Shown here: piece by piece, positions 11,577 to 22,132 of the stretch
Layout: each line of letters opens with the position of its first letter
How positions within the stretch are numbered: the first letter of the stretch is position 1
NCBI GenBank assembly: GCA_000004985.1
Contig: GG738879.1
Direction: 5' to 3' (one strand)
Source of the DNA: Naegleria gruberi
Lineage: Eukaryota
Length of the DNA stretch: 64,000 nucleotides
The notes under the pieces: generated by a model
Database searches by the model: none
Told to the model about the DNA's origin: nothing
The model's input: the letters and a program-made list of their open reading frames with translations, nothing else
Translations under genes and position numbers: made by a program

Positions 11577-11919
11577 GATACTTTGTTCCACACAATATAA
11601 ACTTTGTTTTTTTTCTTTTGATATTGATATACAGTTATCAGTAAGGGCCGAGCGAAAATGTGGTTCTTTCAGTTGGTGGCAGTTTGGTAATCCTTATTCT
11701 CCAACTTGCCTATTTTTGTTGAAATATGTGAGTAGTGTGTTTGTTGTTGAAAACTTGGAAGCGAACTGAATTGTAATAAGTAACATGAACATTATATTTA
11801 CAATGTCTCGATAACCATTAAGGTTTCAAGTAGGTTTTATAATCAATGTACAATATTGGATCAATAATTTGATTCCATAAAAAAGAATACAATAGATATT
11901 TGAATTAGATGTTGTAAAA

Positions 11920-12621
11920 TTACTCAACTTCTTCCAAATAATCTTTAACTTCAGCTGGTGTCAAAACACGGAAAAGCTTATCCTTTCCAACAATACCAAT
12001 TTCAATATTCTTACTGTTGATTTGTCCATCAAAACCTTCTTTCAAGGTTAAAATAGCTGTGTGAATAGCATCTTCCAATTCAATATCAGAGGAATAACGC
12101 TTTTCCAAAAATGTATTAGCATTGACCATGTTCTTTCCAATTGCTGAAGCTTTCCAAGCCCAATATGATCCACTAGGATCAACTTGATACAAATGTGGAC
12201 CAGTATCATCAAAACCAGCAATTAATAAACTCACTCCAAATGGTCTGACACCACCACTTTGTGTGTATTCTTGCATCACTGAGGCAAGATGTTTGACTAA
12301 TTGAGAGACTGGAATACGTTCCTTATAAATTCTATAGTATTCTTCGGCGTGTTTTCTTCCTTGTTTTGCCAGAACACGTGAATCTGGACCCATTCCACTG
12401 TAAACCATTCCAATATGATCAGTGAGTGGAGTAACCTTTTGAAGAGAATTATGATCAACAAGTGGAGAAGGAAGCTTCTTTTCAGTTGCAACTACAACAC
12501 CATTTGTTGCTTTTATAGCCAAAGATGTACTACCAGCCTGTACTGCATTAAGAGCATATTCGATTTGTACAAGTTTTCCGGAAGGTGAAAATGTAGTTAA
12601 TGAAAATGATGTATCAGACAT
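11920..12621 (-). CDS. PSMA2: 20S proteasome subunit alpha type-2
   Basis: 233-aa single-exon ORF; near-identical blocks to human PSMA2 ([55 protein letters not shown]). Confidence 0.9.
   Translation of the reverse strand: MSDTSFSLTTFSPSGKLVQIEYALNAVQAGSTSLAIKATNGVVVATEKKLPSPLVDHNSLQKVTPLTDHIGMVYSGMGPDSRVLAKQGRKHAEEYYRIYKERIPVSQLVKHLASVMQEYTQSGGVRPFGVSLLIAGFDDTGPHLYQVDPSGSYWAWKASAIGKNMVNANTFLEKRYSSDIELEDAIHTAILTLKEGFDGQINSKNIEIGIVGKDKLFRVLTPAEVKDYLEEVE
12574..12610. repeat. Copy A of a ~35-bp direct duplication (coding 5' end of PSMA2)
   Basis: ttttccggaaggtgaaaatgta[g]ttaatgaaaatg is found here and again at 12838..12872 with 2 mismatches. Confidence 0.7.
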
Positions 12622-12837
12622 TTTTTATGATTGATTAAACTAAAATATTTTATTGTATGAATTAAAAATAGCACATTTTTGCGGTCAAGTAAAAAAGACT
12701 TGGTACAGCTGGATACAAATGTTTGATACTATGTGCTAATTCTGAAATAAAATTAGCATGTGTTGTTTTTTTGTTTTAATGTTAATTGGTTCATCATCAC
12801 TAGCAGGATGAGTAAGCTGTAGATTTACAATGCATCT

Positions 12838-12872
12838 TTTCCGGAAGGTGAAAATGTATTTAATGAAAATGG
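12838..12872. repeat. Copy B of the duplication, lying in the PSMA2 upstream (promoter/5'UTR) region
   Basis: Same ~35-nt string as 12574..12610; on the minus strand it reads a degenerate ...FSLNTFSPSGK... followed by a stop, so it is not a functional exon as it stands. Confidence 0.7.
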
Positions 12873-12916
12873 ATGTTCTCAAGACGTTTCTGTACCAACC
12901 TCATCAACAATAAAAA

Positions 12917-14481
12917 ATGGCTCCAATACCAGAGTTAGAGGATGATGGTTCACTTCATGATTCGGAGAGAGACGTTTCTATGAAGGAAACACCTGCTCCT
13001 ACAAGAAAGAAAAACCAAAGCCACAAGAGAAAGAGTACAGATGATGAAGCTGTAGAGGATGCTAAAAAGAGAAAATCAAACCCTACGGAAGAGGAACAAA
13101 CAATATTGGAAGAGGAAACTTTTAGAACGGATACACCTTTCCAATCTCCTGATGTTAGGAGAAAATCAACAGGATTAAGAACTAAACCACAACAACTTAA
13201 TCAACAAGTATTCGTAAATCGCAAACATAAAAGTGTGCCTAGTAATGTTTTGGATGCAAACACATCCTATCAAACCCCTAAGAAAACTAATATTGAAGCT
13301 GAAGTTCCCCCATCCATTTCAACATTCATTCCAGAGAAACAATTCGCTATTTCAAGAAATAAGGCATCTAAAACGGGCACTTACACTATTTTAGCATCTC
13401 TAGTAGCTATTATTTCTATTGTATATTTAATATACGTTCAATATGTAACATTAGATATTCCTAAAACTAACGTAACTGAAGAAAGTAACTTATCCAATAA
13501 TACTCAAAACTCTGCTCCAATAATTAAGTACTTTTATGTAACTAACAATGTTACTAGTAATGTAAATCACTCTGAAATCTTTGAAAAATTAATTGAAAAA
13601 CATTCAAAACAATTCAAAAATAATATGCTAGATTTAATTGATACTAGATTGTATGAATTAGAAAGAAAGCTCAATAATAATATTAGAAGTTCAATCTCAA
13701 GCTCATCTGTTTCAGTGAAGAAGGAACAACAAAAAGAATTGGAAAAATTGAAAGAATCTCTTTTATCTAAAATATCAACAGAAGTTGACATTATTTTAAG
13801 TCAAAAACTCAAATCCATTAATGATATCAACGAACAATCAATCAGCGAAATCAAAGGAAGACTAGATACTATCATACCAGGTGTTAAGAATTTGATTGAT
13901 GAATCTCTTGATAAATATGATGCTGACAAGATTGGTTTGACAGATTATGCACTCAGTAGTCTTGGTTCAAAGATTGTTGAACATTCTCCAACTTATTCAC
14001 CATCAAAGTTTTGGCCTCAACTCTTTGTTCCTGTAAAGACACCCGACATGATAATCAAACCAGATACAACTATTGGTAATTGTTGGCCTATGAAAGGATC
14101 TAGTGGTTTTGTTGTTATTGAAATAGCTCATTCTATTATTCCAACCTCTTTTTCAATTGATCACGTTCCAAAAGCTCTTTCTCCAAATATTTCATCTGCT
14201 CCTAAACAAATTTCAGTCTTTGGATATGAAAATGAAACTACCTTAACTAAGCTGTCTGCATTTGAGTATGATGTTCATGGCTCTCCTACCCAAACCTTCC
14301 CAGGTAAGCATTATTTTTGTTTTGAATTGTTTTACCTTATTTTTATTTAGTAAATGAAAGTACAAATAAGAAATATAACAAATTCAGATTCCAAATCAGT
14401 GGTAACTATGGAAATAGTTTTTATACATGCATTTACAGATTCAGAATTCATGGTGACTCACAAGCTATGATGTTACATTAA
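12917..14481 (+). CDS. SUN-domain (Sad1/UNC-84) inner nuclear membrane protein; 2 exons (12917..14303, 14351..14481)
   Basis: TM helix, coiled coil and a C-terminal SUN domain (GNCWPMKGSSGFVVIEIAHSIIP...). Splicing a 47-nt GTAAGC...TTATTTAG intron restores the conserved SUN C-terminus ...YTCIYRFRIHGD (compare human SUN1 YTCLYRFRVHG). Confidence 0.8.
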
Positions 14482-14530
14482 AATTGCTCAACTGAAAGCC
14501 AAGTCTGGCTTTAATAAAAATCTTTAAAAA

Positions 14531-15255
14531 ATGAACGAAAGTGATAAAACTTTTGCTGATGGCTTGATAAGAGTTTTGGAGGTTTGTGATCATTTGTACT
14601 TGTTAACATGACAATTCCGAAATAAAGCCTCTAACAACAGAATATGATTCAAAAGTGAAGGATATTCAAATCAGTCAAACTAAATTAGCTGAAGAAATAG
14701 ATAGACTTGCAAAGAAATTAGATTCATGTAAAGAGGAAGCACAATTCGTTAACGTTGCTCCATACCTTCAAAAATTAGCAAATTCAAGAAAACGTGTAAT
14801 TAATATATCAACAACTCTAGGACACATATCCGATAGATTATCAAGATTGAACAAATTAGCAAAACAAAAGTATGTGTTAATAATTCCTTACCTTTTAATC
14901 AAACAATCATAACAGATATCCAGAACTCGAACAACTTCGCCAACAACGTGAACGATTAAAACAACAGGGATCATCGGGTAAACTTGTTGTCCAGCAACAA
15001 TCTTCATCGTCTTCTGAAGTAGTGCCTGCAACAAGTACCACTACTCCATCTTCTACCACCGAGCAACAATCATCATCCACAACAACACCAACCGAACAAA
15101 CACCACCAGAACAATCCAGCACAACTCTGTCAAATGAAGATGAAACAACCAAATCAACTCCATCAACTTCCGAAGAAGCACAAGATACTAATACCAACAT
15201 TACAACTTCCTCTGCAACAACAGAAAACCCTGTTGAAGCTGTTGATCAGCAATAA
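14531..15255 (+). CDS. SNAPIN: SNAPIN (BLOC-1/BORC subunit) homolog with S/T-rich C-terminal extension; 3 exons (14531..14582, 14641..14869, 14916..15255)
   Basis: Joined product FADGLIRVLEEYDSKV...APYLQKLANSRKRVINISTTLGHISDRLSRLNKLA aligns by eye with human SNAPIN (FAEGLLEFL...DPYVKKLLNARRRVVLVNNILQNAQERLRRLNHSV). Intron 1 has a GTTTGT donor, intron 2 GTATGT; both exon-2 and exon-3 frames match the track ORFs 14655.. and 15022... Confidence 0.7.
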
Positions 15256-15299
15256 ATGGACTTTGCCGCCAAAAACATTTACGTTTTTATCATCAAAAA

Positions 15300-17616
15300 A
15301 TGCAAACAGTGCATAAACTCAAGTCAATCAAACAATTACGAGAGAATCAACCCTACAGTGGTTTACTATTGGAATGTATTCCCAATCCTGTAATTTTTGA
15401 ATACTATGAGGAGTTTGGAAAATATGAAATGGTATTGGAGATTTTAAATAGATCTGCAATACCTACAGCAATCCGACAAAAATCAAATTCTTCCAAATAT
15501 TTCAAAGTGAGAAGAGTGGATGCTAGTGAGGGTAAAATTGCTCCAGGATTATCAGCCAAATTCTTAGTATCTTTTTTCCCTGATTCACTTCTGGATTTTA
15601 CTGATGAAATAACATTTATCAGTGCATCCAAAGATGAAGTAGTTTTACCACTTCTAGGGAGAAGGAAAAGACCTTTACTTACCCTTCCGAGAATAATTAA
15701 TCTAGGTTATTGTTTAACAGGAACTGAAATTAGCAAGCAAATAGTGTGTAAAAATCAAGGAGGAAAAGGAAAATTTATATTTCAACAAGAATACTCGGAT
15801 CAAACAAACATCAAATTCCTTTTCTCAACACAAAATGAATTTGAGAAGGATATGGAAATTGTGGAAAAAGCACCATTTTTCGTTTCCCCAAAGTATTTCA
15901 GCCTTAATGAAGAAGAAGAGGCGCTCGTGACAGTTACCTTTAGACCAGAAGTAGTAGGGGAACAAAGCCAATCAATATTTATTATATTTGACAATGAGCA
16001 GGTATTTGAAATTCAATTAGTAGCTGAGGCTCAATATCCTAGGATTAATCTTTGCTCAATGGCAAAGAGAAAAGACTTCTTACCAGAAAGAGATTCAACT
16101 CTATTGTGTTTTGAAACAGTCTATCCATATCAAAAATCAGAATCCCAATTACTTACTCATTACAATAGCAGTGATGTGTCAGTTGAATTCGAGTGGAGAT
16201 ATATCAATGAATACGCTGACACTCCAATCTCATCGAATGGGATTAATCTTCCTTTCATGGTTAAACCAAGTATTGGAAAGATTAAACCAAGAAGTTGTAT
16301 GGCATTTGAAGTTACATTTACCCCTCAGTCATTGGGAGTATTCTCGGGATACTTCATTCTGTTTGTAAATAATGTACCTTTGCCGGTTTCCTCTGACCAC
16401 CCTTATTTTTATTACTTTAAATCGGGATTTTCATGGTTTAGAGACAGTATTCTAAATTCTCTAAAGACCTCTGATCCTCTCAGATACTTTACCCCTTACA
16501 GCTCTGAGGTTGCTGAAATTGAGAATGAATCAAAAGCAATTGCCTTAGGAGAGTCAAACTTGGTTAGTTTTGGTTCTGTACCAGTGTTTCATTGTAGACT
16601 ATTTGGTGACACAAAGAAATTGGAGGTAACTCTAAATCCACCAATTATCAATTTGAGCAATAGTATTTTTATTGGGGAAATTGTGGAAAAACAAGTGGTG
16701 ATTGTGAATAGTTCTGATTTTGATGCTTATTTTAGATGGCTTGTTTGTGAGGAGGATGATGGTCTAAAGACAGAATTTGATCCTCCTAGTGGAGTTATAG
16801 GGCCAAAAGAAAGAGTTCCAATTAAGATTTTCATTTCATGTTCAAAGCCTCAAGCATTCAACCTTTCTTGCATTTGTGAAATTGCAAACTCCGAAGAAAT
16901 AGAGCTACTGTTAAGAGGAGAAAGCAAGCCTCAGACTTTAAGAATTGACACACCATGTCTAGATATGGGGATAATTGAAACTGGAAAAGTTGTTACCGAT
17001 TGTGTGCAGATAACAAACACTTCTTCCTTAGATTTAAATTGGGCTTGTTCAACAATAGAGAATAATGCTGTCACAGTTATTCCATTCGAGGGATGCTTGC
17101 CAATAGGTAAAAGTTGTCTTGTAAACGTAAGAGTTAAGTCAGCTTATCCTCAATTCATTCAACAAATATTACGATTCGATGTTGAAAATGGAATTTCTCA
17201 ATATGTTGGTCTTAACGCCGAAATCCAATCACCTCAAGTGGTATTGGAGGAATATTTCTTTAATGTTGGAGAAATAACAATTGGCGAGTAAGTATTTATT
17301 GTTTTTGTTTGTTACTCACAACATTTTCAGTGTTGTCACAAGAACTATTAGAATGAAAAGCGTTTCTAGCATTAGTACTGAATTCTGCTGGTATGATCTC
17401 AAATTAATAGAAGACAGACCATACGAAATAGAATTCATAAATGAGAAAGGAAAATTGCAATTGGGAGAGGAAGCCGAAACAATTATAGAAATAAGAGCAA
17501 TTGCAAAAGCAGCATTATTCGAAGAACTTTTCCCATGTTTTCTTCAAGATAGCAAAGATAATTATTTTGGAATCAAGATAGTAGGAAGTATAAAGGAAGA
17601 AAATACACTAGATTAG
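15300..17616 (+). CDS. ASH/MSP-fold repeat protein resembling the N-terminus of hydin/CFAP221 (ciliary central-pair type); 2 exons (15300..17287, 17331..17616)
   Basis: N-terminal pattern YxxFxxYEMxLxIxN...YFKV...GKIAPG...F...FxP...LDF...F closely follows the hydin N-terminal ASH domain. A 43-nt GTAAGT...TTTTCAG intron joins the 663-aa ORF to the 17281..17616 ORF in frame. Product about 767 aa. Confidence 0.55.
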
Positions 17617-17631
17617 ATTATGAGGTAATTG

Positions 17632-18678
17632 TTATATATTTTGTCCTGAAAAAGGTGAAATGAATTGGCCTTGAATAATCAAAGAATCCTCAGTACTAAA
17701 CAAATATCCATTCGTATGTTTTGTTGGTGGAGCGAGTGATGTCGTAATTGAAAATGAAACAATATATTCACTCAGTGAAAGTGTTTTCTCATCTTTTGTT
17801 AGCGAAACTCCCACTAAATCAATAAGAGGATGCAAGGCAATTGTGAATAAATCAATATTACAATAGCCAAGCAGTTCATCCTCTTTTTTATCTTTCGTTT
17901 TCTCGAATACTCTAATACTAACATAATCCTTAGTCAGATCCGAAATCATTGACTTGCTCGGAATAATTAAATTTGTGAAATGTTCATCAGCACTACTTGC
18001 TTCCTCCATCTCTAGTAAGTCCGAGATTGAAACGCTGGATCTCATTAGTTTTTTAGAAGTTACTTTGTCATAAACAAACTCCACATCACAGTCTTTCCAC
18101 TCAAGAAATTCATTCTTGGTTAATAGAGGGAGCTTGTAGCAAAAATTGGAAAATTCATCACCTTGGTTAAGTTGGGCAATTATATAAAGTTCAGAGGATG
18201 GACTTGCTGTTTGAGCTTCCTCTTTGATATTCAGTAATTTCAAATCTCCAACTGATATATATTTAAATGGCTTGATTGGCTTCGTACTAGTGTGTTGACT
18301 TTCATGACTATCTGCAATATAAGATGAATAGTATCTTGGTGTTTTTTGATTTTGAGGAAGTAATTGAGAGTCAATAATATTATTTAATTCCTCTTCATCT
18401 TCATCAGATTCTGTATCCTTTGGAGGTTCAATTATTTCTTCAGTCCCCTTCTTTTTCCTTCTAAAACTAAGAAAACTCCTTCTTTTCTTTTTTTCAACCG
18501 TTGATGTGCTATCAAGACTTTTTCTTGTAGGTTCAATGGTATCATGAGCTGATGGGACGTCCAAGCTTTGTCTTTCCTCGAATCGGACCGAATTATTATT
18601 GTTGTTATTATTTCCTTCATTCGGAATGTCCTTGTTTTTTTTAGACTTTTTCTTTAAACCTAATATTCCTCGAATCAT
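17632..18678 (-). CDS. Hypothetical protein with N-terminal Asn run and acidic S-rich region
   Basis: 348-aa single ORF; convergent with the preceding gene (16 nt between stops); no recognisable domain. Confidence 0.45.
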   Translation of the reverse strand: MIRGILGLKKKSKKNKDIPNEGNNNNNNNSVRFEERQSLDVPSAHDTIEPTRKSLDSTSTVEKKKRRSFLSFRRKKKGTEEIIEPPKDTESDEDEEELNNIIDSQLLPQNQKTPRYYSSYIADSHESQHTSTKPIKPFKYISVGDLKLLNIKEEAQTASPSSELYIIAQLNQGDEFSNFCYKLPLLTKNEFLEWKDCDVEFVYDKVTSKKLMRSSVSISDLLEMEEASSADEHFTNLIIPSKSMISDLTKDYVSIRVFEKTKDKKEDELLGYCNIDLFTIALHPLIDLVGVSLTKDEKTLSLSEYIVSFSITTSLAPPTKHTNGYLFSTEDSLIIQGQFISPFSGQNI

Positions 18679-19109
18679 TCTTGTTTATTGTTTTTTATTG
18701 TCATTAAAATTGAAAGATTGCTTCCTCCGTTGTGTTGATGTTGTTGATGATTGATCTATTTTTTTTGATTATCTTTTTGGTGACCGTTTTGGCTTCTAAT
18801 GATGGTTCTGATTTTTGCTTTGAGCAGTTGAACAAGTGCGAACAAAACCTATCAGTATCAATGCATGTTGGTCGTCACTTCGACATTGTCAAAAAGGAAG
18901 GCCTTTGGATTTCAAATTGATGAAGACTATTTGTTTACTAGAAATCAATTCTCAACCAACTATTGAATACAATTTAGTATTTTCAGGAAGCTTATTGATT
19001 TTGGCGCAAAAAGAATAAAATTTGGCGGGAACAAACTACAAAAAAATACAAACAAAAGCTTTGCTCACTTTTTCTCCAAGTAAATAACACAAACATCATC
19101 AAATCGAGA
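18679..19109. promoter_or_regulatory. Divergent intergenic/promoter region between genes at 17632..18678(-) and 19110(+)
   Basis: About 430 nt with only short spurious ORFs; flanked by two start codons pointing outward. Confidence 0.3.
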
Positions 19110-22100
19110 ATGAGTCAAGTTTGTTATAAGAATCGTAAAGGAGATGCGGAGGATGAATTTTCGAGGTTTTCTTCCTTCACTCTTGACCATACAACACTTC
19201 GGAAGTTGTTAGTAAATTATGGTGAATATCCTTCAAAATATAGAATGCTAATTTGGAGGTTTTTATTGAATATTCCTGAAAACAAAGAGTCCTTTGAAGT
19301 ACTCTACTCTAAGGGAATTCATTTTACTCAGTACAGCCTTCACAAACGATATCCAATAAGTAATTCATCAATATTTAGGAAAATACAGAGAATCATTTCA
19401 GCTATGGCAAATCTATCACCAATTTTTGGTGCCGTGGAATATTTGCCTGAATTAATATTTCCGTTCTTAAAAGTGTTCAATCAAAGTAGCTCAACTATCT
19501 TCGAAATAGTATTAACATTCTTTGGTATGTAACAATACTTTAAAATTACGTATTAATTGATTGAATAGTTAATTGGGGAAAGGAATGGTTTGAATTCTTC
19601 CCTAATCCACCAGCAACTGTTCTTAACTATGTTGCTTCCTTGCTTCAAATTTATGACAATGACGTACTGGAGCATTTGTCATCTCTTGGGGTGTCTTCTG
19701 CTTCTTTTGCTTGGCCAATGTTAAAAAGCTTATTTACTGAGCTCTTTACAACTGATCAATGGCTAAGAGTATTTGATCATATATTTTCTAATCCTCCCTC
19801 TTTTATATTTATGTTTATTGTATCATATCTGAATTATTTTAGGAGAAGTCTTTTCCAAATTAAAGAAAGAAGAGAAGCAGAAAACTTCTTCCACAGTATT
19901 CACGCTTGTGATCTTGAAAAGATTCTAGCTTTTGCTTATGACATTCAAAAAACTCAATATGAAAGTTCTGTACAAAAGTTGATTGCCAAATCATATGGTT
20001 CATTTAGTTTCTTGCCGAAAGGTCATTATAATATTTCTATTCGCTTTCCTGAATACTCTGTAGATTATCAATTAAAGCAAAGAGAAAGAATTGTAAAAAG
20101 TGAAGAGGATTTTGATAGAGCCAGAAACAATTATATTCAATTGAAAAAGCATAATGAGGAGTTTGAAATAGAGCATAGGAACTGGTTAATAAGACAAAAA
20201 GCATTAATTGAAGTAAGCAAAACGCAAGAAGAAGCTTCAAAGAAAATGGAAAGAGAAATATTGGAGGAAAAAGAGAGAGTTAGACAAATGGAATTGGAGG
20301 AGCGCTTAAAAAATGTAGAATACTTGCAAGAAAGAAGAAAGATGTTAGCCAATTTACATGAGGCTGAATTGAATGCGAAGACATTAAATCAACAAAGATA
20401 CATGGAAAATCTAACAATTGACACACATAATGAGATCAAACACAAAATGACGGAAATGCAATTAGGGGAAATCGAAAAAATGGAGCAAGCTAAATTGCAA
20501 GATATTGAGTGTTTCGTAAATCCTCCATCCAATTACTATTTTACAAAGAACCCATCTGCAACTTCACCAAGAAAACCAGAAACTGTAAATATCAAACCAC
20601 TTGCAAAAGAGGTTATTATCCCTGTATTTATCCCACCTGAACAGGCAAAACAGCCAGTTTCAGAAGCGATAACAAAGGACACGACAGAGATTAACTCTCC
20701 TGAAATGTCAGAGCCGAATTCTAAAGAATCAAGTTTTGCAGATTGTCTTCAAGTGCATCTACTAGGAAATGAAATTAATTCCTTAGAAAAAGAAATAGAA
20801 TCAACAGGAAAGAATCTGACTCCAAAAGATATCAAACTTCAGGCCATCATACAACCTGAAATCCCTCAAAAGAAAAAAGTGAAAAAAAAGAAAAAATTGG
20901 TAGAAAAGTCTAATGAACAAACATTAAAACAGAAGAAGAAAGAAGCATCTCCAAAAAAGGCTGTTACACTTCCTTCGCTCAAACAGATGAACTCACGAAT
21001 GAGAAAACAAAACAAAAAGTATTACCAGAAAAGCAAAGGCAAGCAAAATCTCCAAAAAGAAAGAGCCCAAAGAAGAAGGAAATCAAAGAAAGCAATCTTA
21101 AGGAGAAACCACAAGAAATGGTCACCCCGTTAGGTCATACTTCCCAAATTTCAACAAGTTCAAACTCATCCCAACCGGATGAGGATCGATTCAGATTATT
21201 ACAAGAACAAATATCAAAACAAAAATCAGAGCTCAAAAAATCAGATAGGACTATGAAACATATTGAATCGATTGCATCAAACATTTCCAAACCATCAAGT
21301 AAATCCTTCAAACATTTCAAGGAGTATTTCATCATCCCCATCTATTGAGAGCTTAAAGAACACCAATGTTTTTAATAGGTTTGATTATTTAAAGAGCGTA
21401 GATTCTAGAGTTGATGATTTAATTCAAAAGAAGTTTAAGGAGTTTATTACAAGAAAGGTTGAACAACCAAGAGAAAAGAGTTTTAATGTTGAAGAGCAAA
21501 ACCTTTCGTTCCCTACAAGCATATCAAACACAAACAGCGCATCAATACTTAACTCCTCTGCATCAACACAGTCACCAAATCCAACACGAAATAGCACTCT
21601 CAGAGGAACAATATCTGCCACTCTTAACCCAAGTTTTTCTCAAACTTCTTACTTGGCTCCTTCTTCATGTATTGATAAATCCAGTGACAATGAGAGCTCT
21701 TCAGATGTGAACTCTTTATTAAGACATAGTAGCGAATTTGAGACAACATCCTCTAAAAGAATGAACCTTTCTTCTGATTCACATTTATACTCAGCATCCC
21801 CAAGATCCTATTCTGGAAGTTCAGGTTACAAATCGAAGACTACAACAGGTACATCCGGATCTCATGTAATTAATGCATATGTTTCCATTTCTGAAGCTCC
21901 TTATCATACCAAGACATCAGATGAAATAGTTAATGAGATTTCAGATACAAGAAGTATTGATGAATTACTTGAGAGTTTCAACACGTCCTATCCTTCAATT
22001 TCAAGCAGTATAGAATCAATTAAGATCAAGCCACAAGACTATTCCTCCCTTGATCTAAGTTTTTTTAGTGACGAAGATGAAGTTACGACAAGTGTAAATA

Positions 22101-22132
22101 CTTCAGCATTAATGACAGAAAAAGAATTTTAA
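19110..22132 (+). CDS. TBC (Rab-GAP-like) domain protein lacking catalytic Arg/Gln fingers, with long coiled coil and S-rich tail; first intron 19525..19568; frame changes near 20900..21350
   Basis: RxxxW motif (YRMLIWRFLL) and TBC C-terminal half (WLRVFDHIF) but no IxxDxxR or YxQ. A 44-nt GTATGT...AATAG intron joins track ORFs 19110.. and 19640... Downstream the long open frame switches twice (track ORFs 19640.., 21118.., 21263..), compatible with a 60-nt intron about 21298..21357 or with indels in the A/K-rich run. Confidence 0.55.
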
